A DNA stretch of 64,000 nt. Origin: the human T2T-CHM13v2.0 reference genome, Homo sapiens. Positions 39,878 through 64,000 of the stretch are shown one piece after another (positions within the stretch are counted from its first letter, which is position 1; each line of letters opens with the position of its first letter). Both the position numbers and the translations under genes were made by a program. Where the stretch lies: the NCBI RefSeq assembly GCF_009914755.1, contig NC_060938.1; one strand, 5' to 3'. Under the pieces are notes generated by a model, which saw only the letters and a program-made list of their open reading frames with translations, was not told the origin of the DNA and searched no databases.

Positions 39878-40460
39878 GGCCAGGCACAGTGGCTCACGCC
39901 TGTAATCCCAGCATTTTGGGAGGCTAAGGCGGGTGGATCACAAGGTCAGGAGATCAAGACCATCACGGTCAACATGGTAAAACCCTGTCTCTACTAAAAA
40001 TACAAAAATTATCTGGGTGTGGTGGCACGCACCTGTAATCCCAGCTACTCAGGAGGCTGAGGCAGGAGAATTGCTTGAACCTGGGAGGCGGAGATTGCAG
40101 TGAGCCAAGATTGTGCCACTTCACTCTAGCCTGGGCAACAGAGCAAGGCTCCACCTCAAAAAAAAAAAAAAAAAGAAAAGAAAAAGAAAATTTTAGGGAA
40201 GGTGAACAGGATGAGCAGTGACCAAGAAATAAAACAACCTCAAAGTAGGCAGACAGCACACCACTCCTGAGCAGAGTCCTAGAGGGGTAGTCCACTTTCT
40301 GCAGTCCCATAATGAGATTATAGCACTCAATATGTGCCATTTTATATTCAAGCTATTTGTGTACCTGTTTGTGTTTGTTTTCTCACACACTAAGTAGGAA
40401 CTAGTGAAACATGCTCAGTTATTCCTGTGAGGTTATTTATGTATCTTTTCTTTTCATGTA

Positions 40461-40540
40461 TTAGGTTCATACAAAAGTATTTGCGGTCGTTGCCATTACT
40501 TTCAGATGCAAAAACCACAATTACGTTTGCACGAACCTGA
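40461..40540. mobile_element. MADE1 MITE
   Basis: 80-bp palindrome TTAGGTTCATACAAAAGTATTTGCGG...CCACAATTACGTTTGCACGAACCTGA flanked by TA at 40459-60 and 40541-42. Confidence 0.85.
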
Positions 40541-40699
40541 TATTTGTATCCCAAGGAATCAGACCCGAAAATCTTGTGTTCAGGTTGTAAATGGTTCAAT
40601 GTCTTCCTGCCTTTTGGTACTTCCCAGTTTTTTAAATGAGGTATCTATTTATAATTACAATAATTAAAAACCTCAAGTTGACAGAGTGAGACTGTAGGT

Positions 40700-43195
<2,496 letters not shown>

Positions 43196-43291
43196 AAGGA
43201 GGGAAGGAGGATGAAAAAGGAAGGCATTGATATGATTATGATATTTTGGGGGTTCAAAAGGACCAAATAAATAACACTTCCTTCCTCACCA

Positions 43292-49996
<6,705 letters not shown>

Positions 49997-50099
49997 ATCA
50001 TAGATATGAACCAATTGAGAAATAAGACATAGGCTTTAATTACATCTAAAAAAGAGAGAGAAATAAGACAAAAGGGTCAGCATATGCAGAACTAAAGTG

Positions 50100-50230
50100 C
50101 ACGGCTGAATTCATGGGCGTGGGACCTGTGTGAGTTGCATAGGGCCCTGCACTTGGTTTAATGCTCTGTTGTTGCCATCTTGAAATTCTTGGTAATTTTT
50201 ATTTTGCACTGGATTCCACAAATTAAGTGC
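50100..50230 (+). mobile_element. MER45-like hAT fragment
   Basis: CATGGGCGTGGGACCTGTG...GGGCCCTGCACTTGGTTTAATGCTCTGTTGTTGCCATCTTGAAATTCTT. A reverse-oriented relative lies near 58950-59050. Confidence 0.55.
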
Positions 50231-50584
50231 AGACAAAAATGTCACCTGATAAAATGTCATCTTTATTATGGATATAAGTGGTCTGGGAGAATGTGGCTTG
50301 AGTGTGAGGTTAATTTCTGATCTCCAGACTAGACCTTGATGAAGCACACCTAAAAGAAAATTTGAAACCCAACAAGTACATATGCTGCTCTCCCACTTGT
50401 CCTGGTAGAAAAGAAATAAGAGACCAGATCCTCCAAGCCAGGACCATTGATAGATCATTCTTATCCAGTGGAGGAACATGTCCCACACCAACCAGGCACC
50501 CCACCCCCCTCTCTGGTGAGGAGAAAGACATTGGGCAGAGGTCAAGAGTGATTAAGTGAGCCTGAGAAACATGGAAAGAGGTAA

Positions 50585-50767
<183 letters not shown>

Positions 50768-51651
50768 TAATAGAGACGGGGTTTCAGCATTTTGGCCAGG
50801 CTGGTCTTGAACTCCTAACCTCAAGTGATCCACCTGCCTCAGCCTCCCAAAGTGCTGAGATTACAGGTGTGAGCCACAGTGCCTGGCTGAGTCATTTCTC
50901 TTTAACAGGCATCCTTAGTCAAAGTTCTTTTGGTTACAAGTGACAAATATAAGTAAACTAGCTTAAATGGAACAGGAAGTTTTGGGAAGGTGTGCCAGAT
51001 ACTGTTTTCTATGTATCACCTCTCCCCTCTTTCCCTGCTGATTTTGTTCAAGGACAGGGAGGAAATTCACTGATTTCAGAGAAGCAGATGTCCTGCCAGC
51101 CCTATGAATCATAATTGGCCTAAGGTAATCATGGAAACCAAATTTTCCTTTGCCAGGCACTTACTCTTCCAACCTCCCTTGCAGGTAGTGTAGATAAGTG
51201 ACACAGTTCTATCCAATGAGATAAGGAAGTCTGTGGGGCCTCTGAAAATGAGGGATTTTCCTTTAGCAAAAATTGAGCCCTTTTACTCCTGCTGCTTTCC
51301 CAGTGACTTGATGCAATGAATGGAGGACATGATATCTGGAGCCATGGCAGCTATTTTGAGACCATGAGGCAATAAGCAAAATAATGAAGAGTCAACATGC
51401 TGAGTGACCAAAAGATGGAAAGAGCCTGAGTCTTTGATGACATAGCTGAGCTGATGAAACCCTGGCTCTACCTAACTCCAGACTCTTTTTCTTTGAGATG
51501 GGATCTTGCTCTGTCGCCCAGGCTGGAGTGCAGTGGTGCAATCATGGTGCAATCACAGCTCACTGCAGCCTTGACCTCCTGGGCTCAAGTAATCCTCCTG
51601 CCTCAGCCTCCCTTGTAGATGGGACTACAGGTGCCCACCACTGTGCCTGGC

Positions 51652-51685
<34 letters not shown>

Positions 51686-52415
51686 TTTGTAGAGCCAGGT
51701 TCTTTCTATGTTGCCTAGGCTGGTCTTGAACTCCTGGGCTCAAGTAAGCCTCCTGCTTTGGCCTCCCAAAATGCTGGGATTACAGGTGTAAGCCACTGTG
51801 CCCAGCCCAGACTTCTTAAGGAAACAACATGTGCTAGTGGTTCAAGTCACTATCATTTAGACTTTCTTACTTGTAGGCAAGTACATCTTAATTCATACAG
51901 ACTGTAACACATCCATTGTGAGTCTCAAGGGACCCAAGGGCAGCTCCTCCTGAAGATCAGGAGGCAGGAACTAGAAAGCAGTAATACCCCTAAGGAATTC
52001 CTCTTTCCTCCAGCCTCATCTCTGCTTCTGGGAATCTGGATCCTTTGCACTTTCTACAGACCAGTTTTCACCAATCCAATATTCACATGGCAAAGCCCTC
52101 CCTATCTACATTTCCTGCATCCAAGAAACCAACCAACTCAGGCTGCAGCCAGCTTCTCAAGCCTAATTCTAAAGTCCACAAAAGAGAATATGCTTGACCC
52201 AGTTGTGAGTCATGTACACTCTGTCTCAGTTAATGCCATAGGGGCAAATCACACGCCCAAACATAGCTGCCTGGGGCCCACCACTGCAGGGTATGCGTCT
52301 GTGTGTAGGAAATTCTCAGAGAAAAGGCATGCATGGTCTAAAAGATAACCCTAAAATGTCTACTATATTTCATGAGGCAGAAAGGAAGGGAGATGAGTCA
52401 GGTTAGGAATGCTAG

Positions 52416-52811
<396 letters not shown>

Positions 52812-53114
52812 TAGGAGGTAGCTGAGAAATTCCTCAGTTAAGAAGTCAAGATTCTGGAGGGTGTGGTGGCTCAAGCCTATAATCCCACCATTTGGGAGGC
52901 CAAGGTGGGCGGATTGCTTTAGTTCAGGAGTTTGAGACCAGTCTGGGCAACATAGTGAGACCCTTCTCTACAATAAATAAAATACAAAAACAGTAGCTGC
53001 CTGGCACAGTGGCTCATGCCTGAAATCCCAGCGCTTCAGGAGGCCGAGGCAGGTGGATCACCTGTCAGGAGTTTGAGACCAGCCTGGCCAACATGATGAA
53101 ACCCGTGTCTACTA

Positions 53115-53252
<138 letters not shown>

Positions 53253-53270
53253 CTAGACACAGCCAGACTA

Positions 53271-54588
<1,318 letters not shown>

Positions 54589-55129
54589 GCACCACTGCAC
54601 TCCAGCCTTAGTGACAGAGTGAGACCCTGTCTGAAAAAGCAAAACAAACTAATAAACAAAACAGTAGCCGGGCGTGGTGGTGTGCGCCTTTGCTCCTACT
54701 TGGGAGGTTAAAGTGGGTGGATCCTCTGAGCCCGGGAGTTCTAGGCTGCCAGTGAGCCGAGATCGTGCACCTGCACTCCAGCCTGGGCAACAGAGTGAGG
54801 CCCTACCTCATTATAAAAAAAAGAAAAAAAGCTAAAGTCAATCTCCTAAGGCCTTTTCTTGAATTAGGAATGAGGAAGTGGTGAGAAGAGAAATAAGGAA
54901 GGAAAGTAGTGGCCCTAGAGAAGAAAAGTTGTCACTGAGGAAACACTGGGTAGGATTAGACCATCCCCCATTCCCTCCTCTCCCCGCCCAAAGACTGAAA
55001 ATCAGGCCGTCCGGTTATTTTAGGCTGAAGTCCCAAAGAGAACTGTGTTGGTGTGTGTGTGTTCCCGGCAATCGCTGGCAACAACCTTTCTCTCTAGAAA
55101 AAGGTCACTGAAACAGATTGGGGTCGGCC

Positions 55130-55670
55130 TTGATCCTGGTTCCCCACGGGGGTCAGAAAACTGTACTGGAGGCCAGAACGTCGCCCTGAGGATGGCCGGG
55201 TTTCCACGGGGCCGACCCTGATAAGGATCGCAGGAGGATGGCAGGGCGGTGAGGGTGGGCACGGAGTCATTCCGAGAAGGGAGAGCGGGAGCCGGGGTCA
55301 GCGCGGGGAGAAGGGCGTGATTTCCACCCTCTTTCCCCGCTCCCTCGTGCAGGGAAGAGCCAAGGGCGGGGAGGATGCGCGGGCGAGAGGCTAGCCCAGG
55401 AAACTGAAAGATGTGTTTACAGAAAGCGCCGGAAGGAAGTCGGAAGCAAGATAGCGGGGGCTTTGGAGGAATAGCCGGACAATTCTGGGAACCCAGGAGC
55501 TGGGGTCTGTCTGGATCCAGCTTTCCCTCCCGTCCTCCCTCTTTCCTCGAGCTCCTGGGTGGTTCAGGCCGCAGCGCTCGGCGCGGGCACCTTCAGCCAC
55601 TTCTGCGCCTGCGCCGTCTGCTGCAGAACATCCAGTCCTGGCCCCGCTCACCCGAGGCGCTCAACAAACG
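55130..55670. promoter_or_regulatory. Orphan CpG-rich promoter/enhancer-like element
   Basis: Non-repeat CpG-dense segment with GC box 55364, tandem ETS sites CCGGAAGGAAGTCGGAAGC 55429-55447 and NRF1-like TGCGCCTGCGC 55604-55614. Confidence 0.7.
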
Positions 55671-56190
55671 TTTCCATCATGAATAAGCGAATGAAACTTG
55701 GAACTGAAAGGACCCAAGACACAAACAAATGCACTGACGGTCAGGAAGGGGTTGCTCAAGGAGGACAATAACTTTCACACCTATTTCACCTCTGCCCCAT
55801 GAAATGTTATTGATGGAGGCAGGAAAAACCGTTGAACCCCCGGACTAATTGGCAATTTCCCAAAAGTATTTGTAGGAAGAGTACTTTTTGTTTAAATGGA
55901 ATGTTAAGGCTGGGAGCGGTGGCTCACGCTTGTAATCGCAGCACTTTGGGAGGCCAAGGCTGGAAGATTGCTGGAGCCCAGAGTTGGAGACCAGCCTGGG
56001 CAACAAAGGGAGACCTTATCTCTACAAAAAAAAATTAAAAATTGGCCGTGTGTGATGGTGTGCACCTGTAGTCCCAGCTACTCGGGAGGCTAAGGCAGGA
56101 GGATCACTTGAGCCCAGGAACTTGAGGCTGTAGTGAGCTATGATTGTGACACTGCACTCCAGCCTGGGCAACAGAGTGAGACCCTGTCTC

Positions 56191-56193
56191 AAA

Positions 56194-56266
<73 letters not shown>
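56191..56266 (+). repeat. Compound (AAAT)n(TG)n microsatellite
   Basis: Read directly; Alu tail. Confidence 0.95.
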
Positions 56267-56268
<2 letters not shown>

Positions 56269-56842
56269 GAATGCAATTTTTGGCCAGGTGCAGTGGCTAA
56301 CACCTGTAATTCCAACGCTTTGGGAGGCCGAGGTGGGCGGATCACCTAAGGTCAGGAGTTTGAGACCAGCCTGGCCAACATGGTGAAACCCCATCTCTAC
56401 TAAAAATACAAAAATTAGCGGGGCGTGGTGGTGAGTGCCTGTAATCCCAGCTACTCAGGAGGCTGAGGCAGGAGAATCGCTCGAACCCTGGAGGCGGAGG
56501 TTGCAGTGAGCCAAGATCACGCCACTGCACTCTGGCCTGGGCAAAAGAGCAAGACTCTGTCTCAAAAAAAAAAAAAAAAAAAAAAAAAGAATAGAATTTT
56601 ACCTGTAAGTCTAAACAGATAAAAGAGATGAAAAACAATAAAACTACAAAACCAACAGCTTCCCTCTTGTTCCTCCCTTCATCCCATTCTTACTGATGAT
56701 CTGGTTTTGAAAAACACTCATCTACTGCCACTCCAGAGTTACTGGTAAAGAACTGAGGCCCAGAGAGGCTAAGTAACTTAGTGTCACACAGCAAAGAAGG
56801 AAAGAAAGAGGGGAACAAAAAGAAGACAGGAACTTGAGCAAA

Positions 56843-57171
56843 AGCCAACCGAAAACTATGACCTGCCAGCCAAATCCTGCTTGCTGCCTGTTTTTGTACA
56901 GCCTGAGAGCCAAGAATGGTCTTTACACTTTTGAATGGTTAAAGAGAAGTCAAAAGAATAGTAATAGTTCATGAAGTGTGAAAATTATATAAAATTCAAA
57001 TGTCAGTGTCCAGCAATAAAGTTTCATTGGTACACGACCACATTCATTCATTAATGGCTGTTCCACACTGCAAAGGCAGAGTTGAGTAGTTACAAGAGAA
57101 ATTATAAGCGGCCTGGAAAACCCAAAATCTTTACTGTCTGGCCCTCTACAGAAAAAGTTTGCTGATTTCTG
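56843..57171 (+). mobile_element. MER58B-like hAT-Charlie DNA transposon
   Basis: GCCAAATCC...CTGTTTTTGTA...AATAAAGTTTCATTGG...GGCAGAGTTGAGTAGTT...CTGGCCCTCTACAGAAAAAGTTTGCTGA. Confidence 0.7.
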
Positions 57172-58375
57172 GTCTGGAGTTCTCAGCAGTTCTTTTGGTT
57201 TTAAACGCTGGGGTCTGAGTCGGGTATGTGAGGGGTGAGTGGGGAGAGGAGACAGGACTCCGCAGATACTGGAGTCCTTTGATTAAAGGCCCAAAAACTG
57301 GTGGGTGTGGTGGCTCACACTTGTAATCCCAGCGCTTTGGGAGGACGAGGCGGGCGGATCACTTGAGGTCAGGAGTTCAAGACCAGCCTGGCCAAAATGG
57401 TGAAACCCCATCTATACTAAAAATACAAAAATTAGCTAGGTGTGGTGGTGCACACTTGTAATCCCAGCTACTTAGGAGGCTGAGGCCGGAGGATCACTTG
57501 AACACTGGAGGCAGAGGTTGCAGTGAGCCAAGATCGTGCCACTGCACTCCAACCTGGGCGACAGAGCGAGATTCCGTCTCAAAAACAAAGGCCCAGAAAC
57601 TAAGGACAAGATCAGGGCCAGCTTTAAGCAGTATAGGAAAAGGGGGGGCCTAATGTAAGGTATTCTGTGGTAATTACAAAATCAAGAACAAGCCAACTTT
57701 CTGAGGCTCTCCTATGTTCTAATCACTGTTCTGGGCATGGTAGGGGATTATAAACAAGTTTCTAGGATGCTACACAAGAGCTTACAATGCTGTACAATGC
57801 ACACACCATAAATTATGAGAACAGTCTGGGAATTACGGTTGACACTGTCAGCTTCTCGCAAGCCCCTGATCTTCCTCCTGTTATATTAGCTAACACTGAA
57901 CACTTACTCTGTGCCAAGCACTATGCTAAGTATGTTTCAAGCACTATTTCCCCTACGGGCTAGATTTTAGTATTATCCTGATTTTGCAGATGAGGGAACT
58001 GAGGCTAGGAAATGGTTGGAGTCAGGATTCAAACTCCAGTCAGCCTACTTTTAGAATGAGTTTCATATGCAGCACACTGTATTACCAGTGACTAGAGCTA
58101 GATATATCATAGGACATGTAATGTCTGCAAGAATTATTTAGAGAATCATTCAGGGGTCAACCAGGAAAGGGGAAACCACTTTGAGCACTTGAAACAGAGA
58201 ATGTTTAATGCAGAGAATTAGTGATAGAAAAGCTGAGAAGGGCCAGGTGCGGTGGCTCATGCCTGTAATCCCAGCACTTTGGGATGCCGAGGCGGAGGAT
58301 CACTTGAGCCCAGGAGTTCAAGACCAGCCTCGGCAACATAGTGAAACTCCATCTGTACAAAAAATACAAAAATTA

Positions 58376-58552
<177 letters not shown>

Positions 58553-58636
58553 CTATAAGTCACACCCATAGCTCAGGCTGTCATTACTCATAGGCTATGT
58601 GGATTGTCTACCAAGCACTCACAATGGGTTAAATTA

Positions 58637-58948
<312 letters not shown>

Positions 58949-59485
58949 TCAAGAAGGCAATGGCAGAGCATTAAATGAAGCGCGCACAGTCCTTCTGAGT
59001 GCGGAGCCTGTGTGACTGTATCGGTAACACTCCCGCGAAACTGGCCCTGATAAGAAATTCCTCACATAATTACTTCTGAGAAGTGGCACTGCGGGTTAGG
59101 GAAGGGAGAGATAATTTACTTATCACGTATCTCTGGTATGCCTTTTTTGCTATGTACATGTATTACTGCAATAATTTTAAAATATTTCACTCACAGTGGA
59201 TTTGAGCAGAGATACCCATCTATGTTAAAGAGGTAGAATGGCTTCCAGGTTTGCAGTACTTGACACAGTAGGTGGATCAACGCTATGGACCTACTTCAAG
59301 AAAAAAGTTCATTGGAAAGGAGTTGACTGGCAACAAATGCTTAGAAAAGGAGACACCAATAAAGCCAACAGCTTTTTTGATTGACAGCTCTCATCTGAGC
59401 TTTGTTTTGGGGGGGATCTGCCCCATAAACACCAGAATTTTGTCCTGAGAATTTAATGATTTTTACAAGCAGAACTTTGTTTTCA

Positions 59486-60168
<683 letters not shown>

Positions 60169-61596
60169 TATATGTATGTATGTATATATTATGTATCATA
60201 TTATATAGAGAATTTTATTAGTATGTAATTATTTTAGAGTTTAAATTTACAACACTTACCTCTCAATCAATGAGAACAATTAGATCATGTTAATGATTAG
60301 GGAAAAATGAAACTGGGTTTATTGCAATCTCCTGTCCTGTCAGCTTCAGTATCAGAGTTAATAGTTTTGGTTTGCTTGCATACATCTTGGTCAGGATAGG
60401 TTAGGTTATGCCGCTGTAACAATTGGTCCCAACATTTCAGTGCCATGTAACAACAAAGGTTTATTTCTCGCTCATGCCCTGTATCCATCTGGGGCAGCCA
60501 CAGCTCTGCTACAGGTCGCCCTCCTGCCAGGGCCTGGCTGTCCTTGCTGTGCCAGAGGGAAGAGAGAACCATGTAAAACCACTGCTGGCTCTTAGAGCTC
60601 TGGCTCTAACATTAACACACATCGCTCTGCTCACATTTTTTGGCCCAAACAAATCACATGGTCAAAGCCTGATGTCAACAAGCAAGGAAATATGATCCTA
60701 TTCAAGAAAGGAGACAAGAGGGCTGGGCTGGTAGCTCATGCCTGTAATTCCAGCACTTTGGGAGGCCAAGGCAGGAGGATCACTTGAGGTCAAATGTTCA
60801 AGACGAGCCTGGCCAACACAGCAAAACCCCATCCCTACTAAAAATACAAAAATTAGCTGGGCGTGATGGCGCACGCCTGTAGTCCTAACTACTCAGGAGG
60901 CTGAGGCAGGAGAATTGCTTGAACTCAGGTGGTGGAGGTGGCAGTGAGCCGAGATTGTGCCACTGCACTACAGCCTGGGCAACACAGCAAAACTTCATAT
61001 CAAAAAAAAAAAAGAAAGAACGAAAGAAAGGAGTAAAGAATACTCATAAACAACAATAGAGTCCACCACAGCAAAATACCGTAGAAATCTGCAGTAACAG
61101 AAAAGTTGTTAGAAATGGTAAAAGCTAACCTTGCAATCTTAAGAAGTCTCTATTTAAATGAATTCCCAAGCTCAAAAGGAAAAGGAGAAAGTTTGTTTCA
61201 AAGTTGAATCCCTAAGCCCTGAGATTCTTACTTATCATAAGTTAGACTACAAGCATCTAATCTTAAAATGAGTATTAAAACAACCTGTATTATTTATCAC
61301 CATGTGATATGATAAGCATTCACTTTTTATTGCACAATTGACTCTTAGTCTGTGATAAGAGTGGGTCCCTAGGAGATACGCCTGAACTTTGATCAGCATT
61401 CAAATGAGGGCAGGATGCATGCACTTCATTGTGCACCCACTTGGATAATTTCTTATAAGCCGATGTGCCTAGGCCTGGAATCTTTTTAAAGGAACCAGAG
61501 CTACAGTCTTCCTAATCAGTGACACATTTCCAAGGTGTCCAAATACACTCACAGACATGACAGACAAATCCACCCCAAGGTGGTCTCCAAAGTCTA

Positions 61597-62197
<601 letters not shown>

Positions 62198-62489
62198 CTA
62201 TAGGGAAGGGAGGACAGTGATCCAGTGATTAATGAAGCACCTGCCCCACTTCCAAGAGCAGTAACAGCCAAACAAAACACTTTTGTAGGCTGTGTTTGGA
62301 GTTATCAGTCTGTAATCTCTGAGATAGTAATGAGGGTAAAATTCTGGAGGAAGGAGGAGAAGTCTCAGATGAAGCAGAGGAAGAGTTCAAAAGGAAGGAA
62401 TGGGCCAGGTGCAGTGGCTCACACCTATAATACCAGCACACTGGAAGGCCGAGGCAGGAGCATCACAGGAGGCCAGGAGTTCTAGACTA

Positions 62490-62804
<315 letters not shown>

Positions 62805-64000
62805 TTAGGATGTTTTGTGATGTGTAACCTCTTGGCTCTTTCAGAAAACCTTTGGGAAAATAGACTTTTGGCACAGAGGCTTTGGGAGTCAGATTTGCGC
62901 TTTGTTTGTGGTACATTGTTGCGTTGAGACTGGCTCCAAAAAGGCTCAATTACGTCTGAGTTGTGTTTAAGAATCTCCACCTAATTTAATGTCCCTTCTT
63001 CTGAGTCCAGATTACAATCTGGTTTCCCAGATGGGAAGAGTTACCATAAGTGAGCAATTCAGAGCTTGGGTCTTGGTGGCAGGCAGAACTGAGTTTGAAT
63101 TCTGGGTCTCAACTTATTTGCCCTAAACATTTCTGAACCCCATCTGCAAAGTGGGGATAAAACAGTACCCACTCAGCCTGGCCAACACAGTGAAACCCTG
63201 TCTCTACCAACAAATACAAAAAGTTGCTGGGCATGGTGGCGCACACCTGTAGTCCCAGCTACTTGGGAGGCTGAGGCAGAATTGCTTGAACCTGGGAGAC
63301 AGAGGTTGCAGGTGAGCCGAGATTGTGCCACTGCACTCCAGGCTGGGTGACAGAGTGAGACCCTATCTCAAAAAAAAAGAGAAAAAGAAAAGAAACAGTA
63401 CCCACCACATAGTGTTGTAGAGAGATTTAGATGAGAAAATGAAGATAACAGGCTCAGCCCAGTACCTAGCACATAGCATGCACTCAACGAAGAGTAACTC
63501 TTATTATTATCATTATATTATATACATTATTATTCTCATTTTTAATTATAAACCTACAGGAGAGAATATGATCAGTAAACAAAAGTAGCCAATCTTTTTT
63601 TTCTTTTTTGAGACAAGTTCTCACTCTGTCATCTGGGCTGGAGTGCAGTGGTACAATCATAGCTCTCTGTAGCCCGGAGCCCCTGGGCTCAAGTGATCCT
63701 CCCAATCCAGCTTCCCAAGTAGCAGGGACTACAGGCACGCACCACCATGCCCAGCCAATTTTTAAATTTTTTGTAGAGTTGGGGTCTCACTCTGTTGCCC
63801 AGGCTGGCCCACCACCGACCTCAAGCGATCCTCCTGCCTTGGCCTCCCAAAATGCTGGGATTCCAGGTGTGAGGCACCATGCCTGGCCCGTTTAAAAGTT
63901 GTATCTCCAGGCTGGGCATGGTGTTTCACACCTGTAATCCCAGCACTTGGGAGGCCAAGGCAGGTGGATCACAAGGTCAAGAGATGGAGACCATCCTGGC

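Noticed and set aside
55652-55680. ATG-containing mini-exon at the orphan island as an alternative coding first exon of SPTLC2
   Set aside because: ATG (55680) to donor (55651) is 29 nt, phase 2, so it is out of frame with phase-0 exon 2.

Overview
This is primate (human-like) genomic DNA, very rich in Alu elements. It holds the 5' end of SPTLC2 (serine palmitoyltransferase long-chain base subunit 2) on the minus strand: a CpG-island promoter at about 29.45-30.45 kb, coding exon 1 (29810-29941) and exon 2 (10542-10736). The gene continues beyond the left edge. Intron 1 carries a 3'-truncated HERV-H (LTR7 plus leader), a rearranged MADE1 hairpin and a possible CR1/L3 relic. The upstream ~34 kb contains a degenerate MER50-type provirus with a nested HERV-K(HML-2) LTR5 solo LTR, a four-level Alu/LTR8 nest, and a second CpG-rich promoter-like element (about 55.1-55.7 kb) with no recognisable gene. 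Nearly all other ORFs in the track are Alu, L1 or microsatellite artefacts. I found no evidence of a new protein-coding system. The best leads are regulatory: the orphan promoter, the antisense HERV-H promoter/splice-donor cassette and the LTR5. Repeat family names come from recalled consensus sequences, not a search; repeat boundaries are approximate unless TSDs are quoted.
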